A DNA stretch of 41,948 nt from a phage: NCBI GenBank assembly GCA_025284135.1, contig GCA_025284135.1_3646.2, one strand, 5' to 3'. Shown piece by piece: positions 17,852-26,944 of the stretch (positions are counted from its first letter, which is position 1; every line of letters begins with the position of its first letter). Both the position numbers and the translations under genes were made by a program. Under the pieces are notes generated by a model. It saw nothing but the letters and a program-made list of their open reading frames with translations. It was not told the origin of the DNA and searched no databases.

Positions 17852-18082
17852 ATGAGTCATAACTCCAAGTGGAAGGATCTTGGTTTTGCAAGTCGGGCAG
17901 AATATATTGGTTGGCTTTGGTTCAACGGTCTGACAAACGATATTAAAATGTATGATGATGTTTATTATGACGAGTATACAGGTAAAATTATAAATATCTC
18001 TGTAGAAGAGGATACCTTTATCCAGCAAGATACTGATACCTGCCTTGATAAATACGTTAATGAAGTGGAGGAAGCAAATTGA
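17852..18082 (+). CDS. hypothetical protein
   Basis: ATG 17852 after AAGGTGG RBS; stop overlaps nrdA start. Confidence 0.4.
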   Translation: MSHNSKWKDLGFASRAEYIGWLWFNGLTNDIKMYDDVYYDEYTGKIINISVEEDTFIQQDTDTCLDKYVNEVEEAN

Positions 18083-20394
18083 TCACCAAGGTAATTAAAA
18101 GTAACGGATGTGAAGTGGCATTCGATCCAGAACGTTTAAATAAGGCAGCTATTTTCGGTGACGACGGTAACGGCAATTGGTCACATATTGCACTGGATGC
18201 ATACAAACGACTGTATGATGGATGTACAACCAAAGAAGTTAACCAAGCTATTATAGACTCCTGTGTTAGCCGTAAAGACGAAGCACATTCCCGTATGGCT
18301 GGTCGTGTTCTTATTGGTCAGATTTATAAAGAGGCTTTTGGAGGGTTTACAAAGATCCCTTCCTTACCATCATTTTACAACGACATGGTTGAGAAAGGGT
18401 ATTGGGAGGATATGGGTTATAGCTTTACCGAGTTAAACACTTTAGGCACTGTTATTGATCACAGTAAAGATCTCGGTTATGGCTATGCAGTCCTTAAACA
18501 GTTTCGCGACAAATACGGGATCAAGGATACTCTTAAAGACACCTTGTTTGAATCTCCTCAGATGATGTTTATGGGGATAGCAATGGCTGTCATGAAGAAT
18601 ATGCCGAAAGAACGTCGTATCAACGATGTTGTAAAATTATACACTTATCTGTCCGACTTAAAGATCAATGCCCCGACACCGTACTTAAACGGGCTGCGAA
18701 CAGGTAAGACAGGGTATGCATCTTGTTGTGTAATAAAAGCTGACGATACAGCAAAATCTATTGGTGTGGCACGTGAAGTTGCGTACACAATGACGGTTAA
18801 CCAGGCAGGTATCGGCTACTACTTATCCTCAAGATCTGCAGGCGATGGTGTTCGTGGTAACACTATTAAACATATGGGTAAGATTCCATATTATCGAGGT
18901 ATTGATGCTGGTGTTAAGGAGAACAGACAACAATCACGTGGCGGTTCTGCAACAGTATCATTCCTTGCACTGGACCCGCAGATTGATGAGCTAATCCGTT
19001 TGAGAAACCCTATGACTGTTGCTTCAAAAAGAATCAACACCATGGACTACTCCATCGGTATTAATAGGTCGTTTATCAACCGTGTGGCTAAGAATTTGGA
19101 TTGGATGCTTGTTTCTTATAAGCACGCGCCTCAACTGCATGAGGGTATCTTCACCATGTCTATGGAGGAGTTTGATGCAGAGGTTGATCGTATTGCTAAA
19201 GATGACAGTATTCCTAAAACATGGATCCGGGCCAGAGATCTTGCTGTTGAACTGATCACGCAGCGTACTGAGGTGGGAAGGCTGTATGTATACTGGACAG
19301 ATGAGATGAATAGACATACACCTTTTAAAGATGTGATCTATTCAAGTAACCTGTGTGCAGAAATAGCCCTCCCGACAAAAGGCTATTCAGATATGCGTAA
19401 TATCTTCAAGTACGATGCTGATGATGGAGAGGTTGCATTGTGCTTCCTGTCATCTCTTGTAGCTGGGAGGGTTACTCCAGAGGAGTATGAGGATGTTGCA
19501 TACTATACGGTGCTTATGATTGACAATGTTATGGAAATCATGACATATCCGTATGAAAATATGGAAAGCACAGTTAAAAAACGCAGATCCATCGGGGTTG
19601 GCCTTACCAATGTTGCACATTTTATTGCCAGCCACAAGGTTACTTACGGATCTCCTGAAAGTAAACAGCTCGTTCACGATCTTGCAGAACTTCACAGCTA
19701 CAGCTTGCATAAGGCAAGTTTACGGTTGGCAAAAGAGCGTGGTGTCTGCGAGTGGATGCATAAAACAAAATATCCAGAAGGTTGGTTACCAATCGACACC
19801 TATAACAAAGAGGTCGATAGCGTGGTGAAAGATCCTTCTCTTAAACAGGATTGGGAAGGGTTACGTAAAGAAATCGTTGAAAATGGTGGGCTACGTAATA
19901 GCGTTCTTGAAGCATATATGCCTAATGAAAGCTCTTCGCTGGCAACAAACACCACTAACGGGGTTTATCCTGTCCGTGAGCACATTATCTTTAAAAAGTC
20001 GCCACAAGGGCAGGTGCTGTTTATCGTTCCTGACTATGATGAGTTGAAAGAGTATTACACTTCGGCTTGGGACGTTGATACTAACGACATGATCGATATG
20101 TATGCTGTGATTCAAAAATTCACAGGTCAGGCAATCAGCGCGGATTTATACATAGACTACACCAAGTTGAAAGATGGTAAAATTTCAATGAAGGAGCAGC
20201 TAGGGTACCTTATCCGTGCCACTAAATTCGGAATGAAGACATGGTATTATTTAAACTCTAGGGTTGGTGCTGGTGACTCCTTGGCAGAGGAACTTCATGC
20301 CAAGAAACAGGCTGAAGATGAAACCAGAAAGAACTATCCTTTGATTGCAGATAGTTCAGTTGAAGATCCGTATTGCGAAAGCTGTGCACTATAA
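18079..20394 (+). CDS. nrdA: ribonucleotide reductase class Ia large subunit
   Basis: N-terminal ATP-cone (VIKSNGCEVAFDPERLNKA), active-site SNLCAEIALP, C-terminal CESCAL; 771 aa. Confidence 0.9.
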   Translation: MITKVIKSNGCEVAFDPERLNKAAIFGDDGNGNWSHIALDAYKRLYDGCTTKEVNQAIIDSCVSRKDEAHSRMAGRVLIGQIYKEAFGGFTKIPSLPSFYNDMVEKGYWEDMGYSFTELNTLGTVIDHSKDLGYGYAVLKQFRDKYGIKDTLKDTLFESPQMMFMGIAMAVMKNMPKERRINDVVKLYTYLSDLKINAPTPYLNGLRTGKTGYASCCVIKADDTAKSIGVAREVAYTMTVNQAGIGYYLSSRSAGDGVRGNTIKHMGKIPYYRGIDAGVKENRQQSRGGSATVSFLALDPQIDELIRLRNPMTVASKRINTMDYSIGINRSFINRVAKNLDWMLVSYKHAPQLHEGIFTMSMEEFDAEVDRIAKDDSIPKTWIRARDLAVELITQRTEVGRLYVYWTDEMNRHTPFKDVIYSSNLCAEIALPTKGYSDMRNIFKYDADDGEVALCFLSSLVAGRVTPEEYEDVAYYTVLMIDNVMEIMTYPYENMESTVKKRRSIGVGLTNVAHFIASHKVTYGSPESKQLVHDLAELHSYSLHKASLRLAKERGVCEWMHKTKYPEGWLPIDTYNKEVDSVVKDPSLKQDWEGLRKEIVENGGLRNSVLEAYMPNESSSLATNTTNGVYPVREHIIFKKSPQGQVLFIVPDYDELKEYYTSAWDVDTNDMIDMYAVIQKFTGQAISADLYIDYTKLKDGKISMKEQLGYLIRATKFGMKTWYYLNSRVGAGDSLAEELHAKKQAEDETRKNYPLIADSSVEDPYCESCAL

Positions 20395-20401
20395 TTTTAA
20401 A

Positions 20402-20420
20402 GGGGCTTCGGCCCCATTTT
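20402..20420 (+). terminator. GC hairpin with UUCG loop between nrdA and nrdB (partial terminator / RNA stability element)
   Basis: GGGGC-ttcg-GCCCC followed by ATTTT. Confidence 0.3.
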
Positions 20421-20432
20421 AGAGGTAGAATA

Positions 20433-21521
20433 ATGGCTGTATTTAATGCTGAGAACACCGCTCATAAAACTGGTGACTATCCGCTGTTTCTGGGACAGCA
20501 AATGGGTATGTACGACTCTATCAACAAAAAATATCCGCAACTGTTCGAACTGTACAAAAAACAAAAAGAACAAGACTGGGCAGAGGATGAAGTGGATTTG
20601 TCGCAATCTATTTCAGATTTTGTAACATGCTCCAAGTCAACTTATGATGTAATGGTGCAGACCTTGATGTGGCAATGGGAGGCTGATAGCGTTGCGGCAA
20701 GATCGATCATCTGCCTCTTTTCACCATTCATCACTAATAGTGAGCTTTTCACTCTATTGATGAAACAGTCAGAGATTGAAGTTCTTCACGCACTAACTTA
20801 CTCAGAGATTGTTAGACAATGCCTCCCCAATGCCCGTGAGATTATAGAAGAGATTCAGGAAAACCAAAACGTTCTGAGCAGATCTGGCGTTATTGTCAAA
20901 TACATGCAAGAGCTTGAGGTTATTGGTGCAAAATACCGACTGGATCCTTCTAGTGTTGAAGAAGATATTGTGCGGAAATGCATTCTTAGAGCGCTTTTTG
21001 CACTTTTAGCTCTGGAAAGTATTGAGTTTATTGCAAGTTTTGCATGCACTTTCGCAGTAGCTGAACAGGGTATTTTTGTTCAGGTGGCACAGCTTGTTCA
21101 AAAAATCATGCTTGACGAAATGCTACATTCGAAAGGTGATTTTGCCATCATTGATATCCTGCTTAACGATCCAGCATGGGAGAAAAGCTTCCTGGAGATA
21201 AAAGGGGAGTTAAAAGAGATTCTTGATGAAGTACGAACCAAGGAGTACGGTTGGAGCGACTATATTTTCAGCGAAGGAAGAGCGATTATAGGCCTTAACT
21301 CACCGTTGCTTAAAGAATGGGTTGACTATAACTGCTCACCGATTTATGATTACTACGATATCGACAAAGACTTTGTGCCGCCAACAAAGGACCCGCTACC
21401 GTTTATGCAGGTGTGGATGAAACCTTCATTGCAACAGACGGCGAACCAAGAAATGTCGAACACTGACTACCGAGTCAACACAACTGTTAACGACGCTGAA
21501 GAAGAAATTTGGGAGTTTTAA
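20433..21521 (+). CDS. nrdB: ribonucleotide reductase class Ia small subunit
   Basis: Ferritin-like di-iron helices (ESIEFIASF etc.); ATG at 20433 with RBS; ORF-track start 20373 is inside nrdA. Confidence 0.9.
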   Translation: MAVFNAENTAHKTGDYPLFLGQQMGMYDSINKKYPQLFELYKKQKEQDWAEDEVDLSQSISDFVTCSKSTYDVMVQTLMWQWEADSVAARSIICLFSPFITNSELFTLLMKQSEIEVLHALTYSEIVRQCLPNAREIIEEIQENQNVLSRSGVIVKYMQELEVIGAKYRLDPSSVEEDIVRKCILRALFALLALESIEFIASFACTFAVAEQGIFVQVAQLVQKIMLDEMLHSKGDFAIIDILLNDPAWEKSFLEIKGELKEILDEVRTKEYGWSDYIFSEGRAIIGLNSPLLKEWVDYNCSPIYDYYDIDKDFVPPTKDPLPFMQVWMKPSLQQTANQEMSNTDYRVNTTVNDAEEEIWEF

Positions 21522-21524
21522 TAC

Positions 21525-21803
21525 ATGAGCTGTGAAAAATCTTTTTTCTTTATTATTTACGGTAAAGATAACTGCCCACATTGTGTAAGAGCAAAAGAAT
21601 TTGCAGTCAGTAAAGGTCTACCTTTTGTATATAAGACACTTGGCGAGGGTTACACAAAAGAAGAGCTTATTGAGAAGTGCAGTCCAATCGTACCCAGAAC
21701 GTTGCCGCAGATCTTCTTAGAAAGTAATCTTGAAAGTGCCCATATAGGCGGTGCCGATGATTTCATCTCTTTTGTTAAGAATGGTTTTGGAGAGAAAAAG
21801 TGA
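21525..21803 (+). CDS. glutaredoxin (NrdC/NrdH-like)
   Basis: CPHC redox motif and HIGG motif resembling T4 NrdC. Confidence 0.7.
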   Translation: MSCEKSFFFIIYGKDNCPHCVRAKEFAVSKGLPFVYKTLGEGYTKEELIEKCSPIVPRTLPQIFLESNLESAHIGGADDFISFVKNGFGEKK

Positions 21804-22960
21804 AAGTTGTAAAACGGGACGGTAGAGAAGAGGTCTATAACGGAATTAAGGTGATCAAGGCGGCAGAGTCCGCCTTACTTGAGTCTGGACATACTGAAGA
21901 AGAAGCTTACCGGATCGCCTGCGCGGTTAATGAAGTTGTTGCTAACAATCTACCAACCGACCAGTGCACGATCTCTGTAAAAAATATCCATATCCTTGTT
22001 GAAGACGCTCTTATGGATATGGGTTTAAAATGTGCAGCCAGAGAATACATCCAGTATAGGCAGACAAGAGATAATAACAGAGAGGCAGGTGGAAAACTGC
22101 TTGCAGATATTAGTGGCTTCTTGGATCGCACTTGTGATGAATTTACAAAAGAAAACGCAAATAAGCCTACCAATCATGTACACACTCATCGTGACCTGCT
22201 TGCAGGCATCCTTAGCAAACACCTTGCATCAACACAGATCCTGCCAGACCGTGTCTCAGAAGAGCACAATAAAGGCTTCATCCATGTGCATGATCTTGAC
22301 TATTTGATCAGTCCGTTAACAAACTGTTGTTTGGTAAATTATCCAGATATGTTGGAAAACGGATTCAACATTGGTAACGCCCATGTCAGTAAGCCGAAGT
22401 CAATAGGGGTTGCAACAACAATCCTTAGCCAAATCTCTAGTGCAGTAGCTAGTGCTCAATATGGAGGTCAGACTATGAGCCATATTGATCATTATCTGGC
22501 ACAGTATGCTGAAGCGACCTATGAGAAGAACCTTAAATTTTGCCAGGAACATTGGTTGCCAGATGCTGAGACTGTTGCAATGCAAATGACAGATAAAGAC
22601 GTATTTGACAGCATGCAGACTTTACTCTATCAAATCAATACGTTAACTTCTGTCAACGGGCAAACTCCATTTATCACATTAAGTTTAGGACTGGATACCT
22701 CGGCCTTTGGTAGAATGATTACCAAAAATTACTTGAAAGTCCACAAAATGGGTCTTGGTGAAGAACGTATCACACCTGTGTTCCCTAAAGTGCTGTTCTT
22801 CCTAGAAGAGGGTGTCAACATGAACCCTGGAGATCCTAACTATGATTTGAAACGATTAGCTCTGGAATGCTGTGCAGAACGTATCTACCCTGACTTCGTA
22901 TCTGTACCACTAAATAGAAAAGTGACAGGCTCGACAGATGGCAAAGTAACGAGCATGGGT
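21800..22960 (+). CDS. nrdD: anaerobic ribonucleotide reductase class III, exon 1
   Basis: ATP-cone N-terminus, NPGDPNYDLKRLALECCAERIYPD...KVTGS matching NrdD; exon predicted to end at U 22960 (...KVTSMG). Confidence 0.85.
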
Positions 22961-23722
22961 AAACTATAACTGCTCATGTAAAATCTATCTAAACGGGGAA
23001 ACTCCAGAACGGACAACCCCGTGCTAAACGTAACAGAACTCCTGACCAAGAGGAGTCCTGAAATGAGAAAACAAATTCGTGATTTTGAAGGTTATGAAAT
23101 TGACGAGATGGGCAATGTTTATTGCACCCGCTACGAAAATGAAAGAATTATTCATTCGTGGGAAGAGATAAACACAGGTTACCGTCTTGTCAGGATACGC
23201 AAGAACAAAAAGACTGTTTGCCTAAGGGTTCACAGACTTGTTGCTGAAGCGTTCTTACCAAATCCAGACAATTTACCCTATGTTAAGCACAAAGGGGACA
23301 ACAGGAAAGATAACAGTGTATACAACCTTGAGTGGGGAGCTTGCCCAGACAATACGCAAGAAGGATACAACAACAACTGTTATGCTTTTTACACAAGATG
23401 CCACGGTGTGAAAGCCACCAACAAATTAACTGGTGAGGTTTTCCACTTTAAAAGTCTGAGATGTTGTGCTGATGTTTTAGGAGTAGATAGAAAAAGAATA
23501 TCTGCTATCCTGAAACGTGGTGCGCCTAATAACTATGATTACGAGTTCTGTTACGAAATGCCTAACGACTAACCGTGATGAATGTAGCGGTGTAGGGTGT
23601 AAGCCGATGACACTCGAAATGGTAGACACACTAAGTGTGAAGATATAGTCTGATCTGCATGGGGACATGCAGCAGCACGTAAAGGTGCGGGGGTGGACTT
23701 GCGAACCACCCTGAACATAATG
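22961..23722 (+). mobile_element. group I self-splicing intron (T4 td/nrdD-like) carrying an HNH homing endonuclease ORF
   Basis: Exon ends in U; intron GCTCATG (22972-22978) pairs with exon CATGGGT (P1 with U-G); AAGATATAGTC at 23639-23649 matches conserved group I S element; intron ends in G at 23722. Confidence 0.75.
23063..23572 (+). CDS. intron-encoded HNH homing endonuclease (HNH_3 / NUMOD4-like)
   Basis: GNVYxxRYENERIIHSW...GYRLVRIRKNKKTVCLRVHRLVAEAFLPNPDNLPYVKHKGDNRKDNSVYNLEWG; ATG 23063 after AAGAGGAG. Confidence 0.8.
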   Translation: MRKQIRDFEGYEIDEMGNVYCTRYENERIIHSWEEINTGYRLVRIRKNKKTVCLRVHRLVAEAFLPNPDNLPYVKHKGDNRKDNSVYNLEWGACPDNTQEGYNNNCYAFYTRCHGVKATNKLTGEVFHFKSLRCCADVLGVDRKRISAILKRGAPNNYDYEFCYEMPND

Positions 23723-24700
23723 TGTAGAAGTTTCTTATCGAAATATAGCGACCCTGTAACAGGTGAGGAGAAATACCTTGGCAGATTTAACTTAGGCGTT
23801 GTTAGCCTTAACCTGCCAATGATTGCGGCAAAAGCTAAAACGGAAGGTGTTGATTTCTTTGCAGTTCTTGACGAATACCTGGATCTTGCATACGAGGCTC
23901 ATCTTGTAAGGGTTAACCGTCTAAAAGGAACAAAGGCAGGGCAGAACCCTATCATGTGGTGTGAAGGCGCTCTTGCTCGCCTGGATCCTGAAGAGAGTAT
24001 TGATAAACTCTTCTATGACGGGTACGCTTCCATTAGTATTGGGTATATCGGTGTGTATGAAACCTGTCAGATTTTGGGTAGGGAGGGTGACAAGGCTTTA
24101 GCTCTTGGAATCCTTCAGCACATGAGAGATGCTTGTGAGCGATACAAGAAGGAAAGTAGACTAGCGTTTAGCTTATACGGCACCCCTTCTGAGAGTCTAT
24201 GCTATAAAGCTGCAACCTGCCTGGATCGTGAATATCCTGAAGTGTTGAAGCACGAGCATGAATATCTCACCAACAGTTTCCATCAGCCAGTATGGATCAA
24301 TAGCTCTCCTTTTGATAAGTGGAAGTATGAGGAAGGTTTTGCTATGATCTCCTCTGGTGGCAACATCGGATACGTAGAGACACCAAATCTGAAAAACAAC
24401 TTAGATGCTTTGGAAGCTCTTGTGGATTTCGGATATAAACACATTATGTATTTTGGTATTAACCAACCTGTGGATAAATGTCTCAAGTGTGGTTTCTCTG
24501 GTGAGTTCAGTGCAACAGCTAAAGGGTTCTGCTGCCCTGCGTGCGGATGCCACGATGAACGATATATCTCAGTGATCCGAAGAGTGTCTGGCTATCTCTC
24601 CAGCCCGAACAGTAGACCGTATAACACAGGTAAACAAGCAGAGGTTATCGAACGTGTTAAACATATTGGGAATGTAGACTGTTGTCCGTTGAGTAAATAA
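23723..24700 (+). CDS. nrdD: anaerobic ribonucleotide reductase class III, exon 2
   Basis: Begins CRSFLSKY; contains zinc ribbon CLKCGF...CPACG and glycyl-radical motif RRVSGYL. Confidence 0.85.
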   Translation, partial: CRSFLSKYSDPVTGEEKYLGRFNLGVVSLNLPMIAAKAKTEGVDFFAVLDEYLDLAYEAHLVRVNRLKGTKAGQNPIMWCEGALARLDPEESIDKLFYDGYASISIGYIGVYETCQILGREGDKALALGILQHMRDACERYKKESRLAFSLYGTPSESLCYKAATCLDREYPEVLKHEHEYLTNSFHQPVWINSSPFDKWKYEEGFAMISSGGNIGYVETPNLKNNLDALEALVDFGYKHIMYFGINQPVDKCLKCGFSGEFSATAKGFCCPACGCHDERYISVIRRVSGYLSSPNSRPYNTGKQAEVIERVKHIGNVDCCPLSK

Positions 24701-24711
24701 GGAAAGAGATT

Positions 24712-24741
24712 GAGAGCAAGGATGCTCTCATTTTTGTTTTT
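24712..24741 (+). terminator. rho-independent terminator
   Basis: GAGAGCA-aggat-GCTCTC followed by ATTTTTGTTTTT. Confidence 0.5.
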
Positions 24742-24742
24742 A

Positions 24743-24771
24743 TTGACTTCTATTCCTCTTTTCTATAGTAT
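24743..24771 (+). promoter_or_regulatory. sigma70-like promoter (TTGACT, 17 nt, TAGTAT)
   Basis: TTGACTTCTATTCCTCTTTTCTATAGTAT. Confidence 0.4.
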
Positions 24772-24809
24772 GCAATATAAAGTGAATAGCGGAAGGGCCT
24801 GGTCTGGTA

Positions 24810-25742
24810 ATGAGGAGACTAACAACCGAAGAGTTTATAGAAAAAGCTCAGACTATACATGGTGACAAATATGATTACTTCAAAGTGGAGTATAAAAACA
24901 ACAAGACACCTGTGTGTATAATTTGTCCTGAGCACGGTGAGTTCTGGCAAACCCCTGTGGCACATGCTTTCAAGAAGCATGGTTGTCCAAGGTGTGGTGG
25001 GTCAGCGAAAAAGAACACTGAAGAGTTCATAAAAGAGGCTATGGCTGTTCATGGGGACAAGTACGATTACTCATTAGTCAAATATGCGAACATGAGAACG
25101 CCTGTAAAAATTGTTTGCCCTGAACACGGTGTGTTTGAACAATACCCTGAAAACCACTTATACCAAAGAAACGGCTGCCCAGAGTGCTATGACTTAAGAC
25201 GTGGGCAAAGTCAAGCGTTAACCCATAAGGAGCATGCTGCAATTATCCACAAAGCCAACCCAGACATAGAAATATTAGAGAAAATTGCCAATGATAACAC
25301 AAAAGTGCAATGTAGGTGCAAAATTTGTGGGTATAAGTGGTCTGCTAAACCTAATAACCTAAAAAGTGGTCGTGGCTGCTGTAAATGCGCACAAAATGGA
25401 TTCTTATCTCATGAGTACGGTAAACTCTACATTATGGTTGATGACTTAGAAGTGCCAACACTTATGAAAATCGGTGTATGCGTTAAAATGCACAGGAGGA
25501 AAAATGAGGTGCTTAACAGTGCTCGTAAATCTGGCGCAGGTGTCCACACTCTTCACGTAGTAAAAACATGGAGCGGATCAACTCAAAACATGGTAGATTT
25601 AGAAAAATCTGTGCATAAGGCCTTCAGCAAGTATAAAATAAACTTTCCTGTAAAATTTGACGGTAGCACTGAGTTTTTCTACTACAGGCCTGAAGTGTTT
25701 GACACGGTAGAGGAGGTATACAAGAAGATTTGTGGTAAATGA
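24810..25742 (+). CDS. T5orf172-domain (GIY-YIG superfamily) protein with N-terminal tandem zinc-ribbon repeats; putative mobile endonuclease
   Basis: C-terminal GKLYIMVDD...KIGVCVKMHRRKNEVL...GSTEFF resembles T5orf172; three repeats with CPEHG...GCPxC. Confidence 0.5.
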   Translation: MRRLTTEEFIEKAQTIHGDKYDYFKVEYKNNKTPVCIICPEHGEFWQTPVAHAFKKHGCPRCGGSAKKNTEEFIKEAMAVHGDKYDYSLVKYANMRTPVKIVCPEHGVFEQYPENHLYQRNGCPECYDLRRGQSQALTHKEHAAIIHKANPDIEILEKIANDNTKVQCRCKICGYKWSAKPNNLKSGRGCCKCAQNGFLSHEYGKLYIMVDDLEVPTLMKIGVCVKMHRRKNEVLNSARKSGAGVHTLHVVKTWSGSTQNMVDLEKSVHKAFSKYKINFPVKFDGSTEFFYYRPEVFDTVEEVYKKICGK

Positions 25743-25794
25743 TCGTAGAAAGATATGCATATCTTAAACATGCTATTAACTAAGGAGGTACAGT

Positions 25795-25911
25795 ATGTCT
25801 ACAGGTATTTATAAAATTTGCAAGTGCGGATGTCGTTGCAATCTTCGTTGGTGCAAGGCACTGGACGATTTTATTTGGCATTGCCCTGAATGCGATGCGG
25901 AGTATCTATGA
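25795..25911 (+). CDS. small cysteine-rich protein (38 aa), translationally coupled to nrdG
   Basis: Strong RBS TAAGGAGG; MSTGIYKICKCGCRCNLRWCKALDDFIWHCPECDAEYL; stop overlaps nrdG ATG (ATGA); below ORF-track length cut-off. Confidence 0.4.
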   Translation: MSTGIYKICKCGCRCNLRWCKALDDFIWHCPECDAEYL

Positions 25912-26381
25912 ACATTGTCGGATACACAGAAATATCTTACACCGAAGGGCCAGGTATTAGAACTGCCTTGTGGGTATCTGGGTGCCCACACGCTTGCCCT
26001 GGTTGCTTTAATCAGGCATTTTGGTCAAAAGATAAGGGGAGAGAGTTCACCGAAGAAGATTTGCAGAAAATTTTGTCGGATTTAGACAATGAATCTGTAT
26101 GCGGTATTTCTTTACTTGGTGGAGAGCCTTTGGCTACTTATAATGAGCCAGGTATTATAGACCTTATGAGGAGAATTAAGGAAAAGTTTGGTGACAAGAA
26201 AACTATTCTTGTGTATACTGGGTTCACATTTGACCATATCTCTAGTGATGTTCTTAAACTGGCTGATATCATCATTGACGGTAAGTATGTAAAAGATTTA
26301 CCAACCAAGAAACCGTTCCGAGGCAGTGATAACCAAAGAATGTTTAAAAAAGTATCGGGCGGTTGGGTCCAGGTAGACTAG
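25908..26381 (+). CDS. nrdG: anaerobic ribonucleotide reductase activating protein (radical SAM)
   Basis: GPGIRTALWVSGCPHACPGCFN cluster-binding motif; ATG 25908; ORF-track start 25890 is likely too far upstream. Confidence 0.85.
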   Translation: MNIVGYTEISYTEGPGIRTALWVSGCPHACPGCFNQAFWSKDKGREFTEEDLQKILSDLDNESVCGISLLGGEPLATYNEPGIIDLMRRIKEKFGDKKTILVYTGFTFDHISSDVLKLADIIIDGKYVKDLPTKKPFRGSDNQRMFKKVSGGWVQVD

Positions 26382-26384
26382 CTG

Positions 26385-26414
26385 TTGACAAAGCTTTGTT
26401 TAGATAGGTATAAT
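26385..26414 (+). promoter_or_regulatory. sigma70 consensus promoter (TTGACA, 18 nt, TATAAT)
   Basis: TTGACAAAGCTTTGTTTAGATAGGTATAAT. Confidence 0.6.
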
Positions 26415-26445
26415 TATCGTAAAATGAAAGCAGAGGAGGTGCCAA

Positions 26446-26559
26446 ATGGCTAAAAAAGCCTTGAAGAAGGCGTACAAAAAAGAAATTGCGCTTGAGCTCA
26501 AGAAAAAACACAAGCGTGAAAAGAAACATCATGAGGATGAAGAGGGGGTGCAACAGTGA
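26446..26559 (+). CDS. small lysine-rich basic protein (37 aa)
   Basis: RBS AGAGGAGG 6 nt before ATG; MAKKALKKAYKKEIALELKKKHKREKKHHEDEEGVQQ; stop overlaps GTG of next ORF. Confidence 0.4.
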   Translation: MAKKALKKAYKKEIALELKKKHKREKKHHEDEEGVQQ

Positions 26560-26906
26560 CACAAGAACGTATCGATTTGGCTAATAAGTTTGTAGATCTC
26601 ATTTTGCCACGGTTAGTTACTCAACATGCAGACGCTATTTCTACTAATCTTGATGGCTTACGCCTAATGCTGAATCGCACAGATGACCCTCGTATTCGGG
26701 CTGATTTAGAAGCCTCTGCCAACAAACTGGAAAAGTTCTTGCAAGTAGACACGCAAGAAGCCTTACACAAGATTATGGTGGAAGGTTTCTCTAAAGAATT
26801 TACCATTAAAGAGCTTAAGGAGCTGATCCACCAAGAAGAGATGAATATCCGAGTTCAGGCTGTTGCAAGCAGCATGGAAGCGGCTATTGAAAAACTGTTG
26901 CAGTAA
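26556..26906 (+). CDS. hypothetical protein
   Basis: GTG start with GGGGGTG RBS; 116 aa. Confidence 0.45.
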   Translation: MTQERIDLANKFVDLILPRLVTQHADAISTNLDGLRLMLNRTDDPRIRADLEASANKLEKFLQVDTQEALHKIMVEGFSKEFTIKELKELIHQEEMNIRVQAVASSMEAAIEKLLQ

Positions 26907-26944
26907 AAGTACTTGGCACATCTCAATCTGAAAGGAGTCCCAAC

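Noticed and set aside
21800-24700. nrdD as two independently translated split-gene polypeptides
   Set aside because: The second ORF does have an RBS-like AAAGGTG plus GTG, but the precise U/G splice boundaries, the P1 pairing, the S element and restoration of the GCRSFL motif in frame favour a self-splicing intron.
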